Shown piece by piece: positions 11,579-22,600 of a DNA stretch of 64,000 bases. The stretch covers positions 46,709 through 110,708 of the forward strand of contig CAVCDC010000001.1 in the NCBI GenBank assembly GCA_963600865.1. The letters are read 5' to 3'. Each line of letters begins with the position of its first letter. The first letter of the stretch is position 1. Position numbers and translations under genes: made by a program. The notes beneath the pieces are model-generated. The model made no database searches. It saw nothing but the letters and a program-made list of their open reading frames with translations, and had not been told where the DNA came from. This DNA is from Firmicutes bacterium CAG:103 (GTDB taxonomy: Bacteria; Bacteroidota; Bacteroidia; Bacteroidales; Bacteroidaceae).

Positions 11579-11818
11579 ATGTTAAAGTTAAAGATCGTTT
11601 CTCCTGAGAAAGTCGTTTTCCAAGGCGATGTGGTGAGTGTCTTGGTTCCTGGAACGCTCGGCTCGTTCGAGATATTGACAGACCATGCACCCATTATCTC
11701 TTCGCTCGAAGAGGGTAAAGTGGAGTTTGGCACTAACGAAGGTAAACAGTCCCTCAACATCATGGGTGGCTTTGTAGAAGTAAAGAAAAACGAAGTGAAC
11801 CTGTGTGTGGAAGTGTGA
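11579..11818 (+). CDS. atpC: F1 ATP synthase epsilon subunit (short; N-terminal domain only)
   Basis: LKIVSPE, PGTLGSFEILTDHAP, GGFVEV. Confidence 0.95.
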   Translation: MLKLKIVSPEKVVFQGDVVSVLVPGTLGSFEILTDHAPIISSLEEGKVEFGTNEGKQSLNIMGGFVEVKKNEVNLCVEV

Positions 11819-11864
11819 CACGTCAAGTGGCAGTGTAGAATAACGGATTTGAACCATCTATTCA

Positions 11865-12299
11865 ATGGAAAAGGAAAATATTTTGAAGATTAAGCAGATA
11901 GCTAACCGCTACAAACAGATTTCGCTCTGGTTGACAGCAGGCTTGGCATTGGCAATACTCTTTGCTTGCCGCATTTCTGCTTCTTCTGACAGTATTACTC
12001 CCCGCGTAGTCAGTCCGTTGGTAGTGGCTGCTATCTTTTCACTTGTTGCCAGTACGGTTTATGGTGAAGCATGGAAAGCCGTCGCAAAGTCTTCTCCCAA
12101 CAGCCTTGCCAAGTTTTATTTGGCAGCTTCTGCCCTGAAGATGATGGCCGCGGCACTTGTGTTCCTCATCTATGCTGTGGTGGCGGACAAGTCGGAGATT
12201 ATTGGCTTTACAGTCATTTTCGCTGCCTTTTATGTCGCACTACTGGTGTTCGACTGTATTTACTTCGCTCGTGTCGAGAAAAGAACATCACTTTCCTGA
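11865..12299 (+). CDS. 4-TM atp-operon accessory membrane protein (AtpI-like)
   Basis: Four hydrophobic segments; lies between atpC and atpB. Confidence 0.65.
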   Translation: MEKENILKIKQIANRYKQISLWLTAGLALAILFACRISASSDSITPRVVSPLVVAAIFSLVASTVYGEAWKAVAKSSPNSLAKFYLAASALKMMAAALVFLIYAVVADKSEIIGFTVIFAAFYVALLVFDCIYFARVEKRTSLS

Positions 12300-12349
12300 A
12301 CGAAACGAAGGTATAATAGGAAAAAATAAACAACAAAAAGAATAAGAAT

Positions 12350-13450
12350 ATGAAATATCTCAAACAATTCCTCCTCATGGTGGTCCTTTTCTTTACAATG
12401 GCTCCCATACAGGTGTCAGCAAAGGAGAGTATCGATGTCAAGGAGATATTGTGGGGTCATATCAAGGATTCTTATGAGTGGCACATTACTCAGGTGGGAG
12501 ACCACCCTGTTGTGATACATCTCCCCATCATCGTCAAGACGACGAGCGGGTGGCATGTGTTCTGCAGTTCCGAGTTCAAAGAGGAGAGGGATGCCAATGG
12601 CGACCGCCCCGGTCCTTACAATCTTGTCATCAAGAATGGAGATGCTGCGAGCAACCCCAACAAGATTGTTGAGAAAGTGGGCAATGAGGAAGTCAGACCT
12701 CTCGACCTCTCGATCACAAAGACCGTGTGCGTGCTCTTCATAGATGCTGTCATTCTACTTATCTGTGTTCTCGTACCAGCTCGCTGGTGTAAGAAACATA
12801 AGGTAGATGACCCAGCCCCAAAGGGATTTGTCGGCCTGATGCACATGTTTATCATGTCTGTATATAATGATGTGATCAAAGCCACTCTTGGTAAGGAAGC
12901 TCCTAAGTATGCCCCCTGGTTGCTTACCTGTTTCTTCTTCATCTTTGTGGCGAATATCATGGGTATCGTACCATTCCCTCCAGGAGGAGGAAACCTGACA
13001 GGTAACATCGCCTGTACATGTTTCTTTGGAGTGACCACATTCATCATTACGAATGTGACAGGCACCAAGGAGTATTGGAAGGAAATCTTTTGGCCGGAAG
13101 TACCGACTTGGTTGAAGGTGCCCGTGCCACTGATGCCGTTCATCGAACTCTTTGGTATCTTCACGAAACCATTGGCGCTTATCATCCGTCTCTTTGCCAA
13201 CATGATGGCAGGTCATGCAATAGCCTTGAGCTTTGCTGCTATTATCTTCATCATGTTCAATATCAGCGAAAATGCCGTAGCCAACTATCTGGCAGGTTCG
13301 GGCATGACGGTAGTGAGTGTGGCAATGAGTGCATTCATGATGCTCCTTGAAGTTCTGGTGAGCTACATCCAGGCATTGGTGTTTACCATGTTGAGCGCAG
13401 TGTTCATTTCTCTTGCTCATGTCCGTGAGGCTGAGCCGGAGGTGGCTTAA
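12350..13450 (+). CDS. atpB: Fo ATP synthase subunit a
   Basis: KPLALIIRLFANMMAGH, IQALVFTML; Bacteroidota N-terminal signal/periplasmic extension. Confidence 0.97.
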   Translation: MKYLKQFLLMVVLFFTMAPIQVSAKESIDVKEILWGHIKDSYEWHITQVGDHPVVIHLPIIVKTTSGWHVFCSSEFKEERDANGDRPGPYNLVIKNGDAASNPNKIVEKVGNEEVRPLDLSITKTVCVLFIDAVILLICVLVPARWCKKHKVDDPAPKGFVGLMHMFIMSVYNDVIKATLGKEAPKYAPWLLTCFFFIFVANIMGIVPFPPGGGNLTGNIACTCFFGVTTFIITNVTGTKEYWKEIFWPEVPTWLKVPVPLMPFIELFGIFTKPLALIIRLFANMMAGHAIALSFAAIIFIMFNISENAVANYLAGSGMTVVSVAMSAFMMLLEVLVSYIQALVFTMLSAVFISLAHVREAEPEVA

Positions 13451-13475
13451 CACCGATTATTTATAAAACAATTAA

Positions 13476-13748
<273 letters not shown>

Positions 13749-13854
13749 TTTGCGCTTCTCTGTTTCCTGCTCCAAGTGAGCAGGGAGACAGAGCATGAGG
13801 TGTGGATTACCGGCAACGGCGTTAAAACATTTAGTAACACTTTAACCAGTATAT

Positions 13855-14358
13855 ATGGATTTATTGATTCCTGATAGCGGTTTGCTTTTCTGGATGACTT
13901 TGGTCTTCATCATCGTCTTCCTCATCCTTTGGAAGTTTGGCTTTCCTGCCATTATCAATATGGTGACAGAGCGCAAGGCTTTCATTGATGAGAGTTTGAA
14001 GAAGGCACACGAAGCCAACGAGAAACTTGCCAATATCCAAAAAGAAGGTGAATCCATCTTGCAGGAAGCACGCGAAAAACAAGCAGCCATTCTCAAGGAT
14101 GCTGCCAATACACGCGATGCTATTGTTGAGAAAGCTCAGGACAAGGCTCGTGAAGAAAGCGCTCGTCTTCTCTCTGATGCCAAGGCGCAGATAGAGACAG
14201 AGAAGCAGAACGCTATCCGCGAGATACGTACACAGGTGGCAGAGTTGTCTGTCCAGGTGGCAGAGAAGATTCTCCGTGAGAAGCTTTCGGATGACAAGGC
14301 ACAGATGGATATGATAAATCGGCTGCTGGATGAAGTAGCTTCTGACAACAAACAGTAA
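13855..14358 (+). CDS. atpF: Fo ATP synthase subunit b
   Basis: N-terminal TM segment plus long coiled coil; operon position. Confidence 0.95.
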   Translation: MDLLIPDSGLLFWMTLVFIIVFLILWKFGFPAIINMVTERKAFIDESLKKAHEANEKLANIQKEGESILQEAREKQAAILKDAANTRDAIVEKAQDKAREESARLLSDAKAQIETEKQNAIREIRTQVAELSVQVAEKILREKLSDDKAQMDMINRLLDEVASDNKQ

Positions 14359-14363
14359 AGCTT

Positions 14364-14900
14364 ATGGATATAGGTGTAATATCGGTGCGTTATGCGCGCG
14401 CGCTCCTCAAGAGTGCTGTCAGCATGAAGCTCGAAGATCAGGTTTATCAGGAGATGCAGTCGCTCTACAAGAGTTATCTCGACGTGCCTGAACTGAGATT
14501 TACGATAGACAACCCTATGCTTCCCAAAAGCAAGAAACAAACCCTTCTCACGACTGCCTTGGGAAAGAACCCGTCAGCGTTGAGCAATAAGTTTGTTGCA
14601 CTTGTCTTAAGAGAGGGTAGGGAGAGCACCCTGCAATTCATGGCTGCTTCGTATATCACTCTTTACAGGAAACAGAAGAACATCATCCGTGGTAAGCTGA
14701 CTACCGCTACTGCCGTCAGTCCTGATACAGAGGGAAAGATGCGCAGGATGGTAGAGGCGAGAACACAAGGAACTGTGGAGTTCAAGACTGAGGTGAACCC
14801 CGACATCATCGGCGGTTTTATTCTTGAATATGACACTTACCGAATGGACGCAAGTGTCAAGAAGAAACTCAATACTGTTCTTGCACAGCTCAAAAAGTAG
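14364..14900 (+). CDS. atpH: F1 ATP synthase delta subunit
   Basis: RYARAL, VNPDIIGGFIL, DASV. Confidence 0.95.
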   Translation: MDIGVISVRYARALLKSAVSMKLEDQVYQEMQSLYKSYLDVPELRFTIDNPMLPKSKKQTLLTTALGKNPSALSNKFVALVLREGRESTLQFMAASYITLYRKQKNIIRGKLTTATAVSPDTEGKMRRMVEARTQGTVEFKTEVNPDIIGGFILEYDTYRMDASVKKKLNTVLAQLKK

Positions 14901-15015
14901 GAGATAAGTGAGGAGAAGACAGACAATAAATGAAGTAACATCGCTTTCTTAGGGTGCCAAGTTCATTATACATGTTCTCTTCATGGATTTCTAAAATTAA
15001 TTAAAAGTAAAAACA

Positions 15016-16602
15016 ATGTCAGATAAAATTAAACCAAGTGAGGTGTCTGAGGTGCTTCTGCAGCAACTTCAGGAGGTGAATAGCTCTGAGAAGTTTGACG
15101 AGGTGGGTACCGTGCTTACCGTCAGCGATGGCGTGGCACGTATCTATGGCCTTCGTAATGCAGAGGCTAACGAACTTCTGGAGTTTGAGAATGGCACAAT
15201 GGCCATCGTCATGAACTTGGAAGAGGACAACGTAGGCTGCGTGTTGCTCGGTCCAACGGCTGGCATCAAGGAAGGACAGAGTGTGAAGCGTACCCATCGC
15301 ATCGCTTCTATCCGTGTGAACGATAATTTCCTTGGACGTGTAGTCAATCCATTGGGTCAGGCTATCGACGGTCTGGGAGACATCGATCTTACAGACTCTT
15401 TCGAGATGCCATTGGATCGCAAGGCTCCTGGTGTTATCTACCGTCAGCCTGTGAAAGAACCTCTTCAGACAGGTTTGAAGGCTGTCGACTCGATGATTCC
15501 TATCGGTCGTGGCCAGCGTGAGCTTATCATCGGTGACCGCCAGACTGGAAAGACTGCGATTGCTGTTGACACCATCATCAACCAGAAGAGTTTCTATGAT
15601 GCAGGCAAACCTGTCTACTGTATTTATGTAGCTATCGGCCAGAAGGCTTCTACCGTGGCTGCTTTGGTACAGAACCTGAAGGAGCATGGAGCATTGCCTT
15701 ATACCATCATTGTGAGTGCAACGGCTGCCGACCCAGCTGCCATGCAGTACTATGCACCGTTTGCCGGTGCTGCCATCGGAGAATACTTCCGTGACCGTGG
15801 TTATTCAGCCCTCGTCGTATACGATGACTTGAGTAAGCAGGCTGTGGCTTATCGTGAGGTGTCTTTGATTCTTCGTCGTCCGTCAGGACGTGAGGCTTAT
15901 CCTGGTGATGTGTTCTATCTCCACTCTCGTCTTTTGGAGCGTGCAGCACGTATCAACGACCAGCAGGAAGTAGCAGAGAAGATGAATGACCTTCCTGAAT
16001 GTATGAAGGGTCATGTCAAGGGTGGTGGTTCGCTCACAGCGCTGCCTATCATCGAGACACAGGCAGGTGACGTTTCTGCGTATATTCCTACCAATGTGAT
16101 TTCCATCACGGACGGTCAGATATATTTGGAGACAGACCTCTTCAACCAGGGCTTCCGTCCAGCTATCAACGTGGGTATCTCTGTATCCCGTGTCGGTGGT
16201 TCTGCCCAGATCAAGAGTATGAAGAAGGTGGCAGGTACGTTGAAGATTGATATGGCTCAGTATCGTGAGTTGGAGTCCTTCTCCAAGTTCTCAAGCGATA
16301 TGGATGCAGTTACCGCTATGACCCTTGATCGTGGTCGTAAGAACAACCAGCTCCTTGTTCAGCCCCAGTACAGTCCAATGCCTGTGGGTGAGCAGATTGC
16401 CATTCTTTACTGTGGTGTACACGGCTTGATGCATGATGTCCCAGTGGAGAAGGTTCGTGAATGCCAGGATCAGTTCCTTGATGCCATGCGCAGTCAACAT
16501 GCTGATGTTGTCAGCACATTGGGCAGCGGTCAGCTTACTGATGAAGCTATCAAGGCAGTCGAGGAGACCATGGCAAATGTTGCAGGACAATATAAAGCTT
16601 AA
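15016..16602 (+). CDS. atpA: F1 ATP synthase alpha subunit
   Basis: [27 protein letters not shown]. Confidence 0.99.
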   Translation: MSDKIKPSEVSEVLLQQLQEVNSSEKFDEVGTVLTVSDGVARIYGLRNAEANELLEFENGTMAIVMNLEEDNVGCVLLGPTAGIKEGQSVKRTHRIASIRVNDNFLGRVVNPLGQAIDGLGDIDLTDSFEMPLDRKAPGVIYRQPVKEPLQTGLKAVDSMIPIGRGQRELIIGDRQTGKTAIAVDTIINQKSFYDAGKPVYCIYVAIGQKASTVAALVQNLKEHGALPYTIIVSATAADPAAMQYYAPFAGAAIGEYFRDRGYSALVVYDDLSKQAVAYREVSLILRRPSGREAYPGDVFYLHSRLLERAARINDQQEVAEKMNDLPECMKGHVKGGGSLTALPIIETQAGDVSAYIPTNVISITDGQIYLETDLFNQGFRPAINVGISVSRVGGSAQIKSMKKVAGTLKIDMAQYRELESFSKFSSDMDAVTAMTLDRGRKNNQLLVQPQYSPMPVGEQIAILYCGVHGLMHDVPVEKVRECQDQFLDAMRSQHADVVSTLGSGQLTDEAIKAVEETMANVAGQYKA

Positions 16603-16608
16603 TAGCCT

Positions 16609-17580
16609 ATGCCGTCGTTAAAAGAGATAAAGACTCGCATTGCAAGCGTCAATAGCACCCGTAAGATTACGAGTGCTATGAAGATGGTGGCTTCCAGTAA
16701 ACTTCATCACGCACAGGTAGCTATACAGAACATGTTGCCTTATGAGAATATGCTGGAACACATCCTCAAGAGTTTCCTGGTAAGTACTCCTTCTATTCTG
16801 AGGGAGTTCGAGGAGCAGCATAAACGCACCAACCGCGTGGCTCTTGTGGTCTTCAGTTCCAACAGTTCTTTGTGCGGTGGCTTCAATAGTAACGTCATCA
16901 AGATGATGGTACAGGCAGTGGAAGAGTATAAGGCTCAAGGCATAGACGACATTACTGTTTATCCTGTCGGTCGCAAGGTGGCAGAAAAGGTGCAGAAACT
17001 TGGTCTGAAATCAGCCGGCGACTTCACTGAACTTGCTGAAAAGCCCAATCCAGCTGACTGTACGGCGATAGCCCGTGAACTTGCTCTGAAATACATTGCT
17101 GGAGAGATGGATAAGGTGGAACTGATCTATCACCATTTCAAGAGTGCCGGTTCGCAGGTTCTCACCCGCAAGACTTTCTTGCCCATCGACCTCTCTACGG
17201 AGGCTATTGGTGAGGACAACGACCGTGACCTTACCTCCAATGTCATCACAGCCAAGGCTCAAGAGTATCTGCGCAACAAGAAGGTAACGGAGAAGAGAGT
17301 AGTGGAAGAGGCTGTGCCTCTCAATGATGACTTCATTGTTGAGCCAGACTTGGAAACTGTTCTTCGTGCTTTGGTGCCTAAGTTGTTGCACCTGATGGTC
17401 TATACAGCTCTGCTCGACAGTCAGGCAAGTGAGCATGCGGCAAGAATGGTGGCTATGCAGACTGCAACGGACAATGCCGATGAACTGCTTCGTACGCTCA
17501 ACCTGCAATACAACAAGAGCCGTCAAACAGCTATTACCAATGAGCTTCTTGATATTGTAGGTGGTTCTACTAATAATTGA
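16609..17580 (+). CDS. atpG: F1 ATP synthase gamma subunit
   Basis: KITSAMKMVA, LCGGFN, SEHAARMVAM, RQTAITNEL. Confidence 0.98.
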   Translation: MPSLKEIKTRIASVNSTRKITSAMKMVASSKLHHAQVAIQNMLPYENMLEHILKSFLVSTPSILREFEEQHKRTNRVALVVFSSNSSLCGGFNSNVIKMMVQAVEEYKAQGIDDITVYPVGRKVAEKVQKLGLKSAGDFTELAEKPNPADCTAIARELALKYIAGEMDKVELIYHHFKSAGSQVLTRKTFLPIDLSTEAIGEDNDRDLTSNVITAKAQEYLRNKKVTEKRVVEEAVPLNDDFIVEPDLETVLRALVPKLLHLMVYTALLDSQASEHAARMVAMQTATDNADELLRTLNLQYNKSRQTAITNELLDIVGGSTNN

Positions 17581-17604
17581 CCATACGCTAAAATTTTGAA
17601 TATG

Positions 17605-17653
17605 AGGTGGTGTGCCGTTATGAGAAGACGTCGCACCACCTTTTTTTCTTTTT
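17605..17653 (+). terminator. intrinsic terminator of atp operon
   Basis: AGGTGGTG...CACCACCT stem followed by T-rich tract. Confidence 0.85.
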
Positions 17654-17757
17654 GCAAAGAAATGGCAAAAATATGAAGGTTATATGAGCGATGATGTGAG
17701 AGATTACATGAGAGAGCATGTGAATGTTGCTATCTTTGGCATTTTCTTTGCTCTTCA

Positions 17758-17789
17758 TTTGTTTTATTGGTAAATAATCTCTATCTTTG
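17758..17789 (+). promoter_or_regulatory. sigma-A promoter of His-rich leader gene
   Basis: TTTG(17758-61)-N20-TATCTTTG(17782-89), 12 nt before ATG 17802. Confidence 0.75.
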
Positions 17790-17801
17790 CAACGCAAATT
17801 C

Positions 17802-18215
17802 ATGATTATGCGAAGTAGACTGTTTTACCTGTTTGCCATTTGGACAGCAACCATCGGAATGTTGCTTTCTACAGTGATGATGCATCATCATCACTATCAG
17901 CGCATCTGCATGGTTGAACAGGAATGTCCTCAAGACGGACATGTAAACGATGAGCATACTTCCCATCATGACAACGAACAGGATGGATGTCAGATTCATC
18001 AGATGCATCATTTCTTCACCAATGCCAAGTTGGTGAAGGGAATAGACAAAAATATTTTTCTTGGTGGTCATCTCTTGACTGCCTTTTTCTCTTCACATAT
18101 TCCCCTTGCCCTCGGTAAAGACAAGTCTTTGGAAGCTTGGTGTAGTGAGTCATTCTACCTACCTGACGAATTCTTGTCTCAACAGGGACGACGTGGACCT
18201 CCTTGTCTCCTTTAG
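17802..18215 (+). CDS. His/Cys-rich exported-type small protein with C-terminal RGPP motif (resembles DUF6769; candidate arrest peptide)
   Basis: Hydrophobic N-terminus, then MMHHHH..C..C..H-rich region; ends GRRGPPCLL*; start ATG 17802 or 17808. Confidence 0.8.
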   Translation: MIMRSRLFYLFAIWTATIGMLLSTVMMHHHHYQRICMVEQECPQDGHVNDEHTSHHDNEQDGCQIHQMHHFFTNAKLVKGIDKNIFLGGHLLTAFFSSHIPLALGKDKSLEAWCSESFYLPDEFLSQQGRRGPPCLL

Positions 18216-18322
18216 GGAGAATTGTTTTGCTTTCTGTGCTTTTATTACTGCTACGATGTGATGTAGTAATACGTTCCAGAAAGCGAGGATCGTTTTAAAA
18301 CTCCAAATGGAATAAAGAAAAA

Positions 18323-18394
18323 TGCAACCCAGTTGCCAAACTTTCTTTGGAAAGCATGATGCAACTGTGTTGCAAGTACGTGTTTGTATCTTTG
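18323..18394 (+). promoter_or_regulatory. two palindromic operator-like boxes plus -7 promoter element of efflux operon
   Basis: TGCAACCCAGTTGCC (18323-37), TGCAACTGTGTTGCA (18360-74), TATCTTTG (18387-94). Confidence 0.65.
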
Positions 18395-18465
18395 CAAACA
18401 TGAATCGGGCAGTGGCAGACCTCTCGGGGATTTTTGTTGCTGTCCAGTAAAAACAATTAAAAGTT

Positions 18466-19650
18466 ATGAAGAGAATCATTTTTGTAGTTGTCATTACTGT
18501 GATGGCATTGGTAGGCTTTACCTTTTTTACAACGCATTCCGTTGCCAAATCGCAGGACCGTGAAGAAGAACATGAAGAAGAAGTTGACTACGCTGACATT
18601 CCGCTCACGGAGAAACAGGTAAGTGCTGTAGACCTCAGAATGGACGAGGTGAGCAAGCGTAGCATGGATCAGGTTGTTGAAGCAACGGGTGTCCTCTATC
18701 TTCCTGCCCAGAACAAGGGAGAAGTGTCGTCGTTGATGGGAGGTGTCGTGAAGAATATCTACGTCAAAGAAGGGCAGACCGTAAGTAAAGGACAGATAGT
18801 TGCATCTGTAGAGAATACCGATGTGATGAGTCTACAGCGAGAGTATTATTCAATCTATAAGGAATGTGAGTTTGCCAAGGCAGAGATGGAACGGCAGAAG
18901 TCACTTTCCCAAAGCGGTGCAGGGGTGAAGAAAACGCTCCAACAGAGTATTAAAGACTACCAAGTGGCACATGCCAGTCTGACAGGCATTGGACGTCAAC
19001 TGCAGCAGATAGGCATTTCCACGTCAGCTGTGGCACAGAGAAAGTTTGTTACCACATTCCCCCTGAGAGCCCCCATCTCAGGTGTCGTCTCTCAGATTAT
19101 GTCAAGTCTTGGGAGCTTTGCCGACATGCAGACACCAGTCATGAGTATCCGCGACAATCAGGCAGTGGAGTGCAACCTGAACGTTTTTGAGAAAGACTTG
19201 TCCAAGGTGAAGCCGGGTAATCGTGTATGGCTCTCCCTTACCAACCAGTCAGGGGTGAGTCTGTCAGGTGAAGTGTATGGCATGAATCAGTATTTCACGG
19301 ATGGTACGAAGAGCGTGGCAGTTCATGTGAGACTCCATCCTACGAAAGGTGTGAAGTTGTTTGATGGAATGTATGTGACTGGCAAGATAGCCACGAGTGC
19401 ACAACTCTGTCAGACCTTGCCTTCCAAAGCCATCGTCAAGACCGATGGCAAACAGTATATCTTTGCCTTGAACGGTTCTCCACGTAAAGGGAAATACAGT
19501 TTCTCCCGTCACGAGGTGTCTACTGGTGTAACAGACGGTAGATATACGGAGGTACAACTCTGCAAACATATCAAGGAAGGGCAGAAAATAGTGACTGACA
19601 ACGCTTTCTATCTTGCCTCCCTTACGGGTGACCATGGAGAAGAAGAGTAA
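18466..19650 (+). CDS. heavy-metal RND efflux periplasmic adaptor (CzcB/CusB-like MFP)
   Basis: N-terminal anchor, EEEHEEE patch, GGVVKNIYVKEGQTVSKGQ lipoyl half, LRAPISG, EKDL. Confidence 0.9.
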   Translation: MKRIIFVVVITVMALVGFTFFTTHSVAKSQDREEEHEEEVDYADIPLTEKQVSAVDLRMDEVSKRSMDQVVEATGVLYLPAQNKGEVSSLMGGVVKNIYVKEGQTVSKGQIVASVENTDVMSLQREYYSIYKECEFAKAEMERQKSLSQSGAGVKKTLQQSIKDYQVAHASLTGIGRQLQQIGISTSAVAQRKFVTTFPLRAPISGVVSQIMSSLGSFADMQTPVMSIRDNQAVECNLNVFEKDLSKVKPGNRVWLSLTNQSGVSLSGEVYGMNQYFTDGTKSVAVHVRLHPTKGVKLFDGMYVTGKIATSAQLCQTLPSKAIVKTDGKQYIFALNGSPRKGKYSFSRHEVSTGVTDGRYTEVQLCKHIKEGQKIVTDNAFYLASLTGDHGEEE

Positions 19651-19682
19651 ATCCTATAGTTGAACAAAAGTACTTTTTAGTT

Positions 19683-22600
19683 GTGTTTCAGAAACTTATT
19701 ACTTACTCCATTCATCATAAGATGGTGATAGGAGTGCTCACTATAGTCCTTGTCGCATGGGGCGTATGGTCATTGGTCAACCTGCCGTTTGACTCCACTC
19801 CCGACATAACCAACAACCAGGTGCAAGTCATTACCCAGGCACCTTCACTTGGAGCGCAGGAAGTGGAACAATATGTCACCACACCTGTCGAGATGGCACT
19901 TGCCAATATTCCCCGTATAGAGGAAAGAAGAAGCATCTCGCGCAACGGCCTCTCCGTCATAACCCTCGTCTTCGACGACGATGCTGACATCTACTGGGCA
20001 AGAGAACAGGTCAATCAAGTGCTCGACCAAGTGAAGGAGACTTTGCCAAAGAATGCAGACACAGACATGGGACCCATAGCAACGGCATTGGGTGAGATCT
20101 ATCACTATACCGTGCGGGCAAAGAAGGGATATGAGGATAAATATTCGCTTACGCAGTTGCGTACCATACAAGACTGGATTGTCCGCAAGCAACTGTCTGG
20201 TACCCCCGGTGTTGCAGAAGTGAGCGGGTGGGGCGGTTATGTAAAACAATACGAGGTGGCGGTTAACACCGATCGCTTGAATGCCAGTAACGTGACGGTA
20301 GGAGAAATATTCGAGGCATTGCAGAAGAACAATGCCAATACCGGTGGTAGCTATATCGAGCATAACAGTAGCCAGTATTATATTCGTGGCATCGGTGTGG
20401 TGAACACCATGGACGATATAGCTAACATCCCCGTGAAGACTGTTGGTGGAACCCCCGTTAAGGTGGGGGATGTCGCCAAGGTGCAGATGGGACACGCAAC
20501 CCGTTTCGGTGCTGTGACGCGCAACGGGGAAGGCGAGGTGGTGGCAGGAATAGCTATCATGCTCAAGGGAGAGAACTTCCAACAGGTGAGCCGTAACGTG
20601 AAAGCACGCATCGAACAGATACGGAAGTCATTGCCAGAGGGCGTTGTCATCGAACCCTTCATAGACCGTACTGACTTGGTGAAGAGGGTAGAGGGAACTA
20701 TTGCCCGCAACTTAGTGGAAGGTGGACTGATAGTCATATTCGTGCTTGTCCTCTTTCTTGGCAACTGGCGTGCCGGCATGGTGGTGGCTTCTGTCATTCC
20801 CCTCAGTATGCTCTTTGCTTTTGGGATGATGAAGGCTTTTGGTGTCGACGGTAACTTGATGAGTTTGGGTGCCATTGACTTCGGTATGATTGTCGACTCG
20901 GCTGTCATCATCGTGGAGGCAGTGGTGGCGCATCTGAGAATGAAGGCGACAGGGATAGGTGCTCAGGGAGCAGGAACAGAGATGAATGTCCAGAGTACAG
21001 AAACAGAGAAACTGGAACCTCGTCCATTGGTCTTGTCTCGTAAGGAGATGGACGAGGAGGTTCACTTCTCTGCATCGCGTATCAGACAGAGTGCAGCATT
21101 TGGCGAAATCATCATCATGATTGTCTACTTGCCTCTCATGACTTTGGTAGGCATTGAGGGTAAGATGTTCCGTCCCATGGCACTCACCGTGTTCTTCGCC
21201 ATTTTGGGTGCCTTTATACTTTCCCTCACCTACGTACCCATGGCAAGTTCGTTGCTGTTAAACCGTAAGGTGAGTGTAAAAGCGACGATTAGCGACAGAC
21301 TCATATCCAAGCTTCAAGGCATTTACCGTAAGGTGCTCGACTGGGTGTTGGCGCATAGCAAGGACGTTATAACGGCAGCCGTAGCCTTGTTCTGTGTCAC
21401 GGTTGTCAGTTTTAAGTTCTTGGGCGGTGAGTTTATCCCGAGTCTGGAGGAGGGAGATTTTGCCGTGGAGATGAGTATGTCACAGGGTACGTCGCTCTCT
21501 CAGATGGTAGAGAGTTGTACTAAGGCAGAGAAACTTCTCATGGCGCAATATCCAGAGGTAAAGCAAGTGGTGAGTCGCATCGGAAGTGCCGAGATTCCCA
21601 CCGACCCGATGCCCGTGGAACGAGCCGACATCATGATAGCCCTCAAACCCAAGGCAGAGTGGACTTCTGCAAAGAGCACAGCCGAACTGATGGAGAAGAT
21701 GGAGGAGACGCTCCAGACCATACCTGGTTTGGAGGCAGAGATATCCCAACCCATACAGATGCGCAACAACGAGTTGCTTACGGGCATCAAACAGGATGTT
21801 GCCATCAAGATATACGGTGCCGACCTTGAAGAACTGACAGCCCAGGCAGAGAAAGTAGAGCGTCTTATCAAAAGGGTGGAAGGTGTGAGTGGAATCACGG
21901 TGGAACAAGTGTCCGGTCTTCCGCAGATCCAGGTGAAGTACAAACATGAAAGTATGGCACGATACGGCATCAGCGTAGAGGATGTCAACCAGGTTCTGGA
22001 AACCACTTTTGCAGGTGGTGTGGCTGGAGTCGTCTTTGAGGGCGACAAGCGTTTTGACATAGTACTTCGCATCGACCAGACCGACCGCAGTGTAGAGGCT
22101 TTGCACGATTTGCCTATTCCCTTGGCGGATGGCAGCAGGGTGCCACTTTCGCAGATAGCGGATATCGTGTATGAGACAGCACCTGCCCAGATTTCCCACG
22201 AAGAAGGGGCGCGCCGCATCTATGTCGGCTTCAATGTGAAGGGAAGAGATGTGCAGAGTACGGTAGCGGAGATAGAGTCTATACTCGATCACAAATTGCA
22301 GTTGCCTGATGGGTATTATTATCAGTATGGCGGAGAGTTCCAAAACCTTCAGAGTGCCTCTCGCCGCCTGATGATGGTTGTCCCGATAGCCCTTGTTGTC
22401 ATTCTGTTGCTGCTCTATGCTACGGTCAAGAATGTACGGGAGACCTTGTTTGTCTTCTCTGCTGTTCCTCTTGCGGCTATCGGTGGCGTATGGGCACTGT
22501 GGTTCCGGGGAATGCCTTTCAGCATCTCTGCGGGAGTAGGGTTTATTGCCCTCTTTGGTGTGGCAGTGCTCAACGGCATTGTTCTTATTGGACAGTTGAA

